From Gloeomargarita sp. SKYB120 (GTDB lineage Bacteria > Cyanobacteriota > Cyanobacteriia > Gloeomargaritales > Gloeomargaritaceae): 64,000 nucleotides of DNA. The notes below the pieces were generated by a model. That model ran no database searches. It was not told where the DNA came from and saw only the letters and a list, made by a program, of their open reading frames with translations. Both the position numbers and the translations under genes were made by a program. Below are positions 18,998 to 29,038 of this stretch, piece after piece. Numbering within the stretch: the first letter of the stretch is position 1; each line of letters begins with the position of its first letter. Location: assembly GCA_025062155.1 (NCBI GenBank), contig JANXAM010000008.1:11786-75785 (forward strand), in the 5' to 3' direction.

Positions 18998-21091
18998 ATG
19001 AGCTACTGCCTCAACCCCGACTGCCTTGCCCCGGACAAGAATTCGCCTGACGCCCTTAACTGCTCGGCCTGTGGGAGTTCACTCGTTCTGAAAGGTCGTT
19101 ATCGCGCCATCAAGCCCATTGGTAAAGGGAGTTTTGGCCGTACTTTTCAAGCGGTGGATGAGAGTCTCCCTTCCCGCCCCCGTTGCGTCATCAAACTGTT
19201 CCAGCCTCAGGTGATCACCTCCCCAGAGCAAATGCAAAAGGCGATGGTCCTGTTTGAGCAGGAGGCGGTGCAACTGGACCGGCTGGGCAACCACCCCCAG
19301 ATCCCTGACCTGCTGGCCTACTTCGTCCTGGAGGGGCGCTCCTACCTGGTGCAGGAATTTATTGACGGGCAAGACCTGGCGGAGGAACTCCTGCGGCAAG
19401 GGCCATTTGATGAGACAAAGATTCGCCAACTGCTGGCGGACTTGCTGCCGGTTCTGGACTACATCCATCGGGAGCAGGTTATCCACCGGGACATCAAACC
19501 CAAGAACATCATCCGTCGGGCGGCGGACCAAAAGCTGTTTTTGGTGGACTTTGGGGCGGTCAAGTTTGTGCGGGAGTCGGGCCTGTTCAAAACCGGTACG
19601 GCCATCGGCAGCAGTGGCTTTGCCGCGCCGGAACAGCTGATGGGCAAGGCGGTTTTCGCCAGCGACCTCTACAGCTTGGGGGCCACTTGCATCTACCTGC
19701 TCACGGGCATTTCCCCCGCCAAGTTGTTCAACATCCGCGAGAACGTCTGGCTGTGGCGCCAGGCCCTCAAACAACCCCTGAGCGAAGGCTTGATGGACTT
19801 TTTGGACAAGCTGGTGCAGCGGTTGCCGGGTCAGCGGTTTGCGTCGGCGGCCCAGGCTCTCGAGGCGTTGCAACGGCTGGAACAACCGGCCCGGTCGGTG
19901 AGCACGCTGGGACGGCTCGGCGCATTGGGAACCCCAGTCAATCCCTTGCCGGGATTAGGCCGCTTGGGCACGACCCCGCCGGTGACGCTGAAAGGGGATG
20001 GTGGCACCTCGCCACCGGGCTTGGGGACCTTTCCCCCCGGTCAACCAAGTTGTCTAGACGTGGGAACAACGCCGCCGAGTCGCTTAGGCGTTACTTCGGG
20101 TCACTTGCGCCCTCCCACTCGGATTGGCGCGCCCACGCCGCCGCCTCAGGTGACGACCGTCCAGACGGAACCGCTGTGGCCCTGCGAGCACACGTTAACG
20201 GGGCATAGCCACTGGGTCAAGGCCTTGTGCTTTAGTCCCGACAGCCGATACCTGTTCAGTTGTGGCCGCGATGGCGCGGTCCTGTGCTGGAACTTGAACA
20301 GCCCGGCCTATCCTCGGCCCCTGCAGTGGGGGGGCAACCCCGGCGGCCTGCATGCTTTAGCCCTCAGTCCCGATGGCCGGTTTTTGGCGGCAGCTGGCGA
20401 GGACCGGGTGATCAAGATTTGGCAACTGCCGGGGGATAAACCGATTCGCACGCTCGGGAATTTGTTTAACAAGCACGGGGGGACAATTGACGCCCTGGCA
20501 ATTCGCCCGGATGGACTGGTTTTGGCTAGCGCTAGTGAGGACCGTACGGTGAAGCTGTGGCAGGTGGACAACGGCGCGCTTCTGACCACCCTACATGGCC
20601 ACGCCAGCTATGTGCGCTCGGTGGCCTTCACCCCGGATGGGCGGTTAGTTGTCAGCGCTAGTTGGGATAACAGCGTCAAGGTTTGGTTGACGGATGGGGG
20701 TGACCCCCTGCGCAACATCATCGGGCCGTCGAGCTTCAGCGGCAGTGGCTTTAACGCTGTTGCCGTCAGTCCCAACGGGCGGGTGATTGCTGCTGGCGGC
20801 GAGGATACGGCGGTCCACCTGTGGCACCTGCACAATGGCGACCCAATTGCCACCTTGACGGGACACCGGGAGGGCGTGCGGGCGATTGCCTACAGTTCTC
20901 AAGGGCGCTACCTGGCCAGCGGCGGGTGGGAAGGGGAAATCCGCATTTGGGATGGGCAATCCTACGCCCATCTACTGACGCTGACCGGCCATGAGAAGGG
21001 GATCACCTGTTTGGCCTTTAGCCCGGACCAGCAGTGGTTAGCTAGTGGCAGTCGCGACAACACCATCAGGCTGTGGCGGGTGATGCGCTAG
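18998..21091 (+). CDS. Ser/Thr protein kinase with 4-Cys prefix and C-terminal WD40 repeats
   Basis: YCLNPDC...CSACG prefix; GKGSFG, VIK, HRDIKP, DFG, APE intact; about 7 GH...WD-type repeats. Confidence 0.93.
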   Translation: MSYCLNPDCLAPDKNSPDALNCSACGSSLVLKGRYRAIKPIGKGSFGRTFQAVDESLPSRPRCVIKLFQPQVITSPEQMQKAMVLFEQEAVQLDRLGNHPQIPDLLAYFVLEGRSYLVQEFIDGQDLAEELLRQGPFDETKIRQLLADLLPVLDYIHREQVIHRDIKPKNIIRRAADQKLFLVDFGAVKFVRESGLFKTGTAIGSSGFAAPEQLMGKAVFASDLYSLGATCIYLLTGISPAKLFNIRENVWLWRQALKQPLSEGLMDFLDKLVQRLPGQRFASAAQALEALQRLEQPARSVSTLGRLGALGTPVNPLPGLGRLGTTPPVTLKGDGGTSPPGLGTFPPGQPSCLDVGTTPPSRLGVTSGHLRPPTRIGAPTPPPQVTTVQTEPLWPCEHTLTGHSHWVKALCFSPDSRYLFSCGRDGAVLCWNLNSPAYPRPLQWGGNPGGLHALALSPDGRFLAAAGEDRVIKIWQLPGDKPIRTLGNLFNKHGGTIDALAIRPDGLVLASASEDRTVKLWQVDNGALLTTLHGHASYVRSVAFTPDGRLVVSASWDNSVKVWLTDGGDPLRNIIGPSSFSGSGFNAVAVSPNGRVIAAGGEDTAVHLWHLHNGDPIATLTGHREGVRAIAYSSQGRYLASGGWEGEIRIWDGQSYAHLLTLTGHEKGITCLAFSPDQQWLASGSRDNTIRLWRVMR

Positions 21092-22613
21092 GGTCTTTGG
21101 GAGTAAAGGCGTCGCAGTAGCCCTCGGGCGCCACCTGGAGACCCATCAGGGGTGATTCCGGCTGGGTACAGCGTTGCCCGCGGTAGTACCGGCAATGGGC
21201 GCAGGACCGCTCCGGCGTAGGGGGCGTGGCCAAGACTTCTTTGGGCGTGAGTCCCCGCAGCACCAGCTCGTCGCCTTGCCAGCGGGCTTCCACCAGTCCT
21301 GTGGCGCTGAAGGGCAACCAGCGCGGGTCGGCCTTCAACGTCGGGGGCAGTTCAATGCGCACACCCGTGGCGGTTTCGTGGAGTTCGCCCTCGTAGCTCC
21401 CTGCCGGTTCGGTCGTCGGGCCAACCACCCAGGTCCCCACCGGCAATTCCAACCAGGCGCCCGGCGACGGCACATGCACGTGATAGCGGTTGCGCAGCTC
21501 CTCCAGCCCCGCCAGGTCCTCCAGGTAGGGAAGCAACCCGTGGATCAACACCAGATGTTGCGGGCGCAGGGTGTGAATCAGCTGCAAGGTGGCTACGCCG
21601 TCGTTGTGAGCCTGGAGCAGGTAGGTCTGGTACGGCACCTCCCGAGGCAAGGGTTCGCCCTCGGGCCACAGCACCCACCAGTCCCGGCAGTCTTCGTCAA
21701 TGAAATCGGGCAAATCGCTACACAGCAGCAGGTCAAACCGGTCGGGCGGCTCGTCCACCCGCCAGCGATAACTGTGGGGATACACCCGGTCATCCCAAAA
21801 CAGCCCCTGGTGACGGGCAAAATTCTGGACAGGGGCCGGTAAAAACGCCAGTAGGTCCCACAGGGCGTCACATCCACGCGCCACCACCGGGTCCACACCG
21901 ATACACACGGGGCGGCCCGTCAGCAGGTAATGGGTGCGCAACACCAGTAGAATTTCCTGGGCGTCGCCAATGCCTCCCGCCACGATACACACCCGCTGGC
22001 CTCGCGACAGACCCCAAACGACCAGCTCCGCCAGGTGTTGTTCCTGCTGCTTGCGCCGGGGATATTTGCGCGTGCCCGCTGGCGCTCCCAGGATGAGCAC
22101 ATCGGGATGCAACCCCCGCAACTCGTCCAATCGCAGCCCTTCCGTCAAGCGCGTGTTGGCCAAAAAACAATTCCCGGCGTAGAGCAGCGAATACACCCGC
22201 TCTGGCGTTTGGTACTGCACCCACACCAGGGAGGCCCCTGGGAGATGTCCCGCCGGGAGCAATTCCACCGTCAGGTCGGGGGCCAGATGCACCGGCAACC
22301 GCCAGGGCAACCCGGTTCCCAATCCCGACAATCCCTCCTCCACCGGCCAGTTTAGGGGCAACAGGCGGTGGGTCACTTCACTGGCGTAAATCGGTAGCTC
22401 GGGAAAGCCCCGGTGCAACGCCAGCATACCCCGGGCATGGTCAGGGTGGGCATGGGAACAAACCACCCAGTCCGCTGGCGGCGTCAGGTCAAAGTAGGGG
22501 TCGAGCCGCGAGAGTCCACAGTCCAGCATCAGCCGGTACGGCCCTAGATGCGCCACTAAGCAAACACCAGCGCCCCCATGCCCTGGACTGTAAACCCGGC
22601 ATCCCAGGGTCAT
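21066..22613 (-). CDS. MBL-fold/beta-CASP hydrolase with C-terminal Cys cluster
   Basis: LDCG, SHAHPDH, AGHLPGA, QAHND and LIHG motifs; tail CAHCRYY...C...GYC. Confidence 0.8.
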   Translation of the reverse strand: MTLGCRVYSPGHGGAGVCLVAHLGPYRLMLDCGLSRLDPYFDLTPPADWVVCSHAHPDHARGMLALHRGFPELPIYASEVTHRLLPLNWPVEEGLSGLGTGLPWRLPVHLAPDLTVELLPAGHLPGASLVWVQYQTPERVYSLLYAGNCFLANTRLTEGLRLDELRGLHPDVLILGAPAGTRKYPRRKQQEQHLAELVVWGLSRGQRVCIVAGGIGDAQEILLVLRTHYLLTGRPVCIGVDPVVARGCDALWDLLAFLPAPVQNFARHQGLFWDDRVYPHSYRWRVDEPPDRFDLLLCSDLPDFIDEDCRDWWVLWPEGEPLPREVPYQTYLLQAHNDGVATLQLIHTLRPQHLVLIHGLLPYLEDLAGLEELRNRYHVHVPSPGAWLELPVGTWVVGPTTEPAGSYEGELHETATGVRIELPPTLKADPRWLPFSATGLVEARWQGDELVLRGLTPKEVLATPPTPERSCAHCRYYRGQRCTQPESPLMGLQVAPEGYCDAFTPKDPSASPATA

Positions 22614-22622
22614 GAACCGGCG

Positions 22623-22745
22623 TCAGTGGGCCGAACCGTTGCCGTGGTAGTTATCCGTATCGTAAAAGCCGTTGCGCGTGCCGAAGTACAGCGTCGCCAG
22701 GGTAAACACCATCGTCAGTCCCAGCACAACTGTTTTTACATCCAT
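22623..22745 (-). CDS. ndhP: NDH-1L small subunit P (40 aa)
   Basis: MDVKTVVLGLTMVFTLATLYFGTRNGFYDTDNYHGNGSAH, recognised NdhP C-terminus; the ORF track gives a spurious 103-aa extension. Confidence 0.92.
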   Translation of the reverse strand: MDVKTVVLGLTMVFTLATLYFGTRNGFYDTDNYHGNGSAH

Positions 22746-22876
22746 GGGCGGTCTCCAACATCCCCCTGTGATCACCATAGCGAATTCGTCCCCCCACGCT
22801 CCGGTTGCTCCAGGGAAAACTTTATGTTTCCAGCCAACCCGACCGGACAACGCCCGTGTTAAAATGGCCAGTATAG

Positions 22877-22953
22877 CTAGGGGTGTCCCCGTTAGGGGGC
22901 TGAGAGCATACCCTAAGAACCTGAACCGGGTCATACCGGCGGAGGGAAGCTAG
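22877..22953 (+). promoter_or_regulatory. TPP riboswitch
   Basis: CTAGGGG...GGCTGAGA...ACCC..GAACCTGAACCGGGTCATACCGGCGGAGGGAAGCTAG consensus, 20 bp upstream of thiC. Confidence 0.93.
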
Positions 22954-22963
22954 CATTTCTTGA

Positions 22964-24343
<1,380 letters not shown>

Positions 24344-24345
24344 CC

Positions 24346-24870
24346 TTGGCGACGCGACCGCTAGGGCTCCAGGACGTCAGTTTGCTGGCGCAGTTGCTGG
24401 CTGCCTGTTTCCCACCGCCGTTGAATCCAGGTGGGTGCTGGACGTCCCTATGGGAACGTACCATTGAACACGACATCCGCCAGCGCCTGGAGCGGGACGG
24501 CGACAAAATTCTCTGGCTCGGGACGTGGCGGGAGGGGAAGCTGGTGGGAGCGGTGGAACTCAGCCAGCGCCAGTGGCGGCATAGGCAGTATATTTACCTG
24601 GCGAATCTAGCGGTAGCGCCAGCGTATCGGCGTCAGGGGATTGGGCGAGCACTCCTGCAGCTAGCGGAGCAGGCGGTACAGTCCTGGCCCCAGGAGCAGG
24701 TGTATCTCCACGTGATGGAGGACAACCAAGCGGCCCGCAATCTCTACGCCCAGTTGGGCTACCAGGTGCAGCGGTGGGAATGGACCTGGCGTACCTGGTT
24801 GGGGGGCCCTCGGCGGTTGCTGTTAGCCAAAACCGTTTGCCGGTACAATCAAGAGTGTTCTGCCGTTTGA
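24346..24870 (+). CDS. GNAT family N-acetyltransferase
   Basis: YLANLAVAPAYRRQGIG motif A, NQAARNLYAQLGY motif B; start uncertain (TTG 24346). Confidence 0.85.
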   Translation: MATRPLGLQDVSLLAQLLAACFPPPLNPGGCWTSLWERTIEHDIRQRLERDGDKILWLGTWREGKLVGAVELSQRQWRHRQYIYLANLAVAPAYRRQGIGRALLQLAEQAVQSWPQEQVYLHVMEDNQAARNLYAQLGYQVQRWEWTWRTWLGGPRRLLLAKTVCRYNQECSAV

Positions 24871-24879
24871 GGGACGTCT

Positions 24880-25401
24880 GTGGAGGTCAGTCGCATTCCC
24901 CCCCAGCCCGCCGAAGGGCTTGTGCATTTAATCATTGAAATTCCTGGCGGGTCGCGCAACAAGTACGAGCTGGACAAGGAACTCGGTGTGATCAAGCTCG
25001 ACCGGGTGTTGTACTCGTCGGTGCAGTATCCCTTTGACTACGGCTTTATCCCCAACACCTTAGGCGACGACGGCGACCCCTTGGATGGCCTGGTGATGAT
25101 GGATGAACCCACGTTTCCGGGGTGCTTGGTGGTGGCGCGGCCCATTGGTATGTTGGAGATGACGGACCAGGGGCAACAGGACGAAAAACTGTTGTGCGTG
25201 CCGGCGGACGACCCCCGCTACGCCACCTACAAGTCCCTCAGCGACGTGCCCGCCCACCGGTTGGCCGAAATTGCCGAATTCTTCCGCACCTACAAGAACC
25301 TAGAGAATAAAAAGGTTGAAATCGGCGAGTGGAAAGATGTCTATGCGGTGAAACCCTTGATCAGTCGAGCGATTGCCGCATATCAACAACAACAAACGTA
25401 A
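24880..25401 (+). CDS. ppa: inorganic pyrophosphatase
   Basis: [32 protein letters not shown]. Confidence 0.95.
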   Translation: MEVSRIPPQPAEGLVHLIIEIPGGSRNKYELDKELGVIKLDRVLYSSVQYPFDYGFIPNTLGDDGDPLDGLVMMDEPTFPGCLVVARPIGMLEMTDQGQQDEKLLCVPADDPRYATYKSLSDVPAHRLAEIAEFFRTYKNLENKKVEIGEWKDVYAVKPLISRAIAAYQQQQT

Positions 25402-25407
25402 CGTCCC

Positions 25408-25785
25408 ATGTGGCGCGTCTTTTTGCTCAGCAAATTGCACAACGCCCGCTTAACCGGCACCTATCCCGATTACACCGGCAGCATCGCCATTGACGCCGAT
25501 TTGCTAGATAAAGCTGGAATCTTACCCTACGAGCAGGTGCAGGTGGCTAACATCAGCAATGGTCAGCGGTTGGTCACCTATGCTATCCCTGCGCCTGCTG
25601 GTTCAGGACGGGTTGAACTCAACGGGGCGGCGGCCCACTGCGGCCAGGTGGGGGACCGGTTGATCATCATGACCTACGGTTTGCTACCCCCTGAACGCTG
25701 GTCCCAGCATATCCCCCGCGTACTGCAGTTGGATGAACAGAATCGGGTGATGAGCGCCGACATTACTCCTCTTCCGTCCCTATAA
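25408..25785 (+). CDS. panD: aspartate 1-decarboxylase
   Basis: [12 protein letters not shown] self-cleavage site, TYAI, LNGAAA. Confidence 0.93.
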   Translation: MWRVFLLSKLHNARLTGTYPDYTGSIAIDADLLDKAGILPYEQVQVANISNGQRLVTYAIPAPAGSGRVELNGAAAHCGQVGDRLIIMTYGLLPPERWSQHIPRVLQLDEQNRVMSADITPLPSL

Positions 25786-25822
25786 TAGGTAGTTGCGAAT
25801 TATTTTTCCTGCATTTTTTACC

Positions 25823-27148
25823 ATGCCCCGCACCTATCACATCGTCACCTTTGGGTGTCAAATGAACCGCGCCGACTCGGAGCGGATGGCCGGTATTCTG
25901 GATGCGTTGGGCTGGCAAGCAGTGGAAGACGAAGACCAAGCCGATTTGGTGCTGTACAACACCTGTACAATCCGCGACAACGCCGAGCAGAAGGTGTATT
26001 CCTACCTGGGGCGGCAAGTCAAACGGAAGCGCGAAAATCCCCATTTAACGTTGGTGGTGGCGGGGTGTGTGGCCCAGCAAGAAGGGGAACGGCTCTTGCG
26101 GCGGGTGCCGGAGTTGGATTTGGTGATGGGGCCGCAGTACGCCAACCGCTTGGGCGATTTACTGGAGCAAGTGGAACAGGGGCAGCAGGTGGTTGCCACC
26201 GATGAAATTGACATTATCGAAGACATTACCAAGCCCCGGCGCAGCAGTCGCGTCACCGCCTGGGTGAATGTGATCTATGGCTGCAACGAGCACTGTACCT
26301 ACTGCGTGGTGCCCCTGGTGCGCGGCAAAGAGCAATCCCGGCAACCGGAGGCCATCAAAAACGAAATCATGGACTTGGCGGCGCAGGGGTATAAGGAGGT
26401 GACGCTGCTGGGGCAAAACATTGACGCCTACGGGCGGGACTTGGGGACGCGGCCAGACGGGCGGTACCGGGTGACCCTGACGGATTTGCTGTATTACATC
26501 CATGACGTGCCGGGGATTGAGCGGATTCGCTTTGTCACTAGCCATCCCCGCTACTTTACCGAGCGGTTGATCCGCGCCTGCGCCGAATTGCCCAAGGTGT
26601 GCGAGCACTTCCACATTCCATTCCAGTCAGGGGACAATGACATTCTCAAAGCCATGCAGCGGGGCTATACCCGCGAACGCTACGTGCAGATCATCGAAAA
26701 AATCCGGCATTACATTCCCGATGCCGCCATCAGCGCCGATGCCATTGTGGGATTTCCCGGGGAAACCGAGGCCCAGTTTGAACAGACGCTGCGCTTGGTA
26801 GAGGAAGTCGGTTTTGACCAGTTGAACACGGCGGCCTACTCGCCGCGACCGGGCACACCGGCGGCTACCTGGCCGAATCAAGTCCCTGATGAGGTGAAAC
26901 AGGACCGGCTGCAACGGTTGAATCGTCTAGTAGCGCAGGTGGCGGCCCAGCGGTCCCAGCGCTATCTCGGTCGAGTCGAAGAGGTGCTCATCGAGGGCGT
27001 CAACCCCAAAGACCCTACCCAAGGCATGGGCCGCACCCGTACTAACCGGTTGACCTTTGTGGTGGGCGCGACGGAACCGGGTCAACTCGTGCCAGTGAAA
27101 ATTACGGAAGCGCGGGCGTTTAGCTTAACCGGGGTAGCCCAGAACTAG
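25823..27148 (+). CDS. miaB: tRNA-2-methylthio-N6-dimethylallyladenosine synthase
   Basis: [22 protein letters not shown] radical-SAM motif, SHP, VGFPGET, TRAM domain. Confidence 0.96.
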   Translation: MPRTYHIVTFGCQMNRADSERMAGILDALGWQAVEDEDQADLVLYNTCTIRDNAEQKVYSYLGRQVKRKRENPHLTLVVAGCVAQQEGERLLRRVPELDLVMGPQYANRLGDLLEQVEQGQQVVATDEIDIIEDITKPRRSSRVTAWVNVIYGCNEHCTYCVVPLVRGKEQSRQPEAIKNEIMDLAAQGYKEVTLLGQNIDAYGRDLGTRPDGRYRVTLTDLLYYIHDVPGIERIRFVTSHPRYFTERLIRACAELPKVCEHFHIPFQSGDNDILKAMQRGYTRERYVQIIEKIRHYIPDAAISADAIVGFPGETEAQFEQTLRLVEEVGFDQLNTAAYSPRPGTPAATWPNQVPDEVKQDRLQRLNRLVAQVAAQRSQRYLGRVEEVLIEGVNPKDPTQGMGRTRTNRLTFVVGATEPGQLVPVKITEARAFSLTGVAQN

Positions 27149-27152
27149 TTCT

Positions 27153-28610
27153 CTATTGCCAGTCGGTCCCCCAGATGGATTCCTGCATGGGTTGCCAGCC
27201 GGCTTGATGTAGGTCTCGTTCCAGGTCACTGCCCCGCTCGACGGTGCCATAGAGATCACCCCAGGTAGGGTCTTTCCAAAAGCGCCCCTCATCCCAGACT
27301 TTTTTGTACACACGCAGTACGTCGCCCGTTTCCGGGTCGCGCAGATAAGTCTGGTCGGAAAGGGCATTACTCCAGGCGCGCGCTATTTCACTGCTGAAGG
27401 GTTCGGTTGCGTAGGTGTCACTAGAACTGGGCGAGCTGGTGTAGGTCCGGGCTTGCCGACGCTGGCTGAGGTATGCCGCAAGTTGTTGATTGATTCGACG
27501 GTTGGTACTCACGAATTCCTGATGGGCTCGGAACGCCCATTCCGGCGAGGGCTGCAGCGAGCCAAGAATTCCCCGCACCACGGGTAAAACCGCCGCCAAG
27601 TCCCCTTGGGGTACATCCAATACCTTCAGTTGGCTGTTGAGCTGGCCGTAAGCATTGCCCAGCCAGTCAAAGACCCCACCAGCTCCATAGCATTGCATTT
27701 CCACATACCGTTGCCAGCGCCCAGCCGATGCCTGCAGCGTTCCTTGCCAAGCCATCCCCTGGCCGAAGGGACCAGCGTTTAGGGGCGGTAAGGGGTGAAT
27801 TTCTGGCTGCCCCAGCTGCCATGACTGCCCTGTTTCCAATTGCCATAGCTGGGCCAGCAAGGCGCCCAGTTGGGTTGGTTGTTGCAGCGGAGGTCCCCAT
27901 CCATTGGGCCACGGCTGGCTGTTGCCGTTGTAGGTGATGAGGGTCATGCTCTGGCCCATCACCACCTGGGTTTGGACATCTACAAAATCAAGGCGCAGGC
28001 CGAAGTGCCGTTCCTTGACCTCCCAACGATAGCAGTACTTATGGCCCTGGCGCAGGGGGAAACCTTGGATCTGAGCGGTGATGGGCACATGCAGCATACC
28101 ATAGGGCACCCCTAGGTAAGGGTCCGGCAAGAGGACGGCCTGGTAGGGCACTCGCTGGTCAGCCGGTAGAAAGCGTAACCGGGCCACAGATTGACGGGCT
28201 TCCTGCAGCCAGGACAAGGGCGTTCCCATCGGCAAGTAAAACAGGGTCAGCATCAGGGTCGTCTGGCCTCCAAACAGTTCCCCAATCAACCGGTACTGCT
28301 GGGGGAGTGGCTCCTGGGACATCACTTCAATGGGATTCAAGAAAAAGGGATAGCTCACCCCATCGGCCACCATCGTCAAACCCTGAGGCGTTGAGCGTTG
28401 GTAGAAACGAGCGCTAGGACCGCTAACGTTCTGCAACTGGGTGAGCAACTGGGATGCTGCCGCTGCCAGGCCCTGGGGAGCCTGGATGGCACCTACAGCC
28501 ACCCACATATGGGCTTTGCGTAGCAGGATAAGGTTGTGATGGACCAATGTCAGCCAACCTGGCAGTAACTCAATCTCGTAGCCGTGTAGAGCATCCCGAT
28601 AGACATGCAT
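27153..28610 (-). CDS. hypothetical protein (485 aa)
   Basis: Long uninterrupted ORF filling the gap; no recognised family. Confidence 0.7.
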   Translation of the reverse strand: MHVYRDALHGYEIELLPGWLTLVHHNLILLRKAHMWVAVGAIQAPQGLAAAASQLLTQLQNVSGPSARFYQRSTPQGLTMVADGVSYPFFLNPIEVMSQEPLPQQYRLIGELFGGQTTLMLTLFYLPMGTPLSWLQEARQSVARLRFLPADQRVPYQAVLLPDPYLGVPYGMLHVPITAQIQGFPLRQGHKYCYRWEVKERHFGLRLDFVDVQTQVVMGQSMTLITYNGNSQPWPNGWGPPLQQPTQLGALLAQLWQLETGQSWQLGQPEIHPLPPLNAGPFGQGMAWQGTLQASAGRWQRYVEMQCYGAGGVFDWLGNAYGQLNSQLKVLDVPQGDLAAVLPVVRGILGSLQPSPEWAFRAHQEFVSTNRRINQQLAAYLSQRRQARTYTSSPSSSDTYATEPFSSEIARAWSNALSDQTYLRDPETGDVLRVYKKVWDEGRFWKDPTWGDLYGTVERGSDLERDLHQAGWQPMQESIWGTDWQ

Positions 28611-29038
28611 AAACGATCCCTAGCACTACCGCTGGGGTCATTATCGCCTGAAGGGAGCTGGCAGAAAAGTCAGCAGTGGCTATGGCAGAAAACATTTAAG
28701 TTGGCGTGCTTGAGCAGAAGGCAAGGCCAAAGCGTCAAGGTCCCCAGTTGTTGTTCATGCTAAACATTGTGTGCCCAGCCATAGAATTGAAAGCTCAGGG
28801 CTGGGGTGGCAACCGCCCTAGGAGTGCCTAAGCAGCGGCCAAACCAAGAAAGTTCGCAGGTACCTGAAAGGCCTTACAGATTGGATGCCTCCTTTCCTTG
28901 GCTAAGCCATGCTTGTCATATCTTGGGGTTGTAGGGCACAGCCTCGCCATGTTCCCTGACAAACTGAAGCAGTTTAGCTATGTTACCAGCACTCCATTCA
29001 TTTGACTTCCCAAGCGCTTGCATGTTTCAGTCTTCAAC

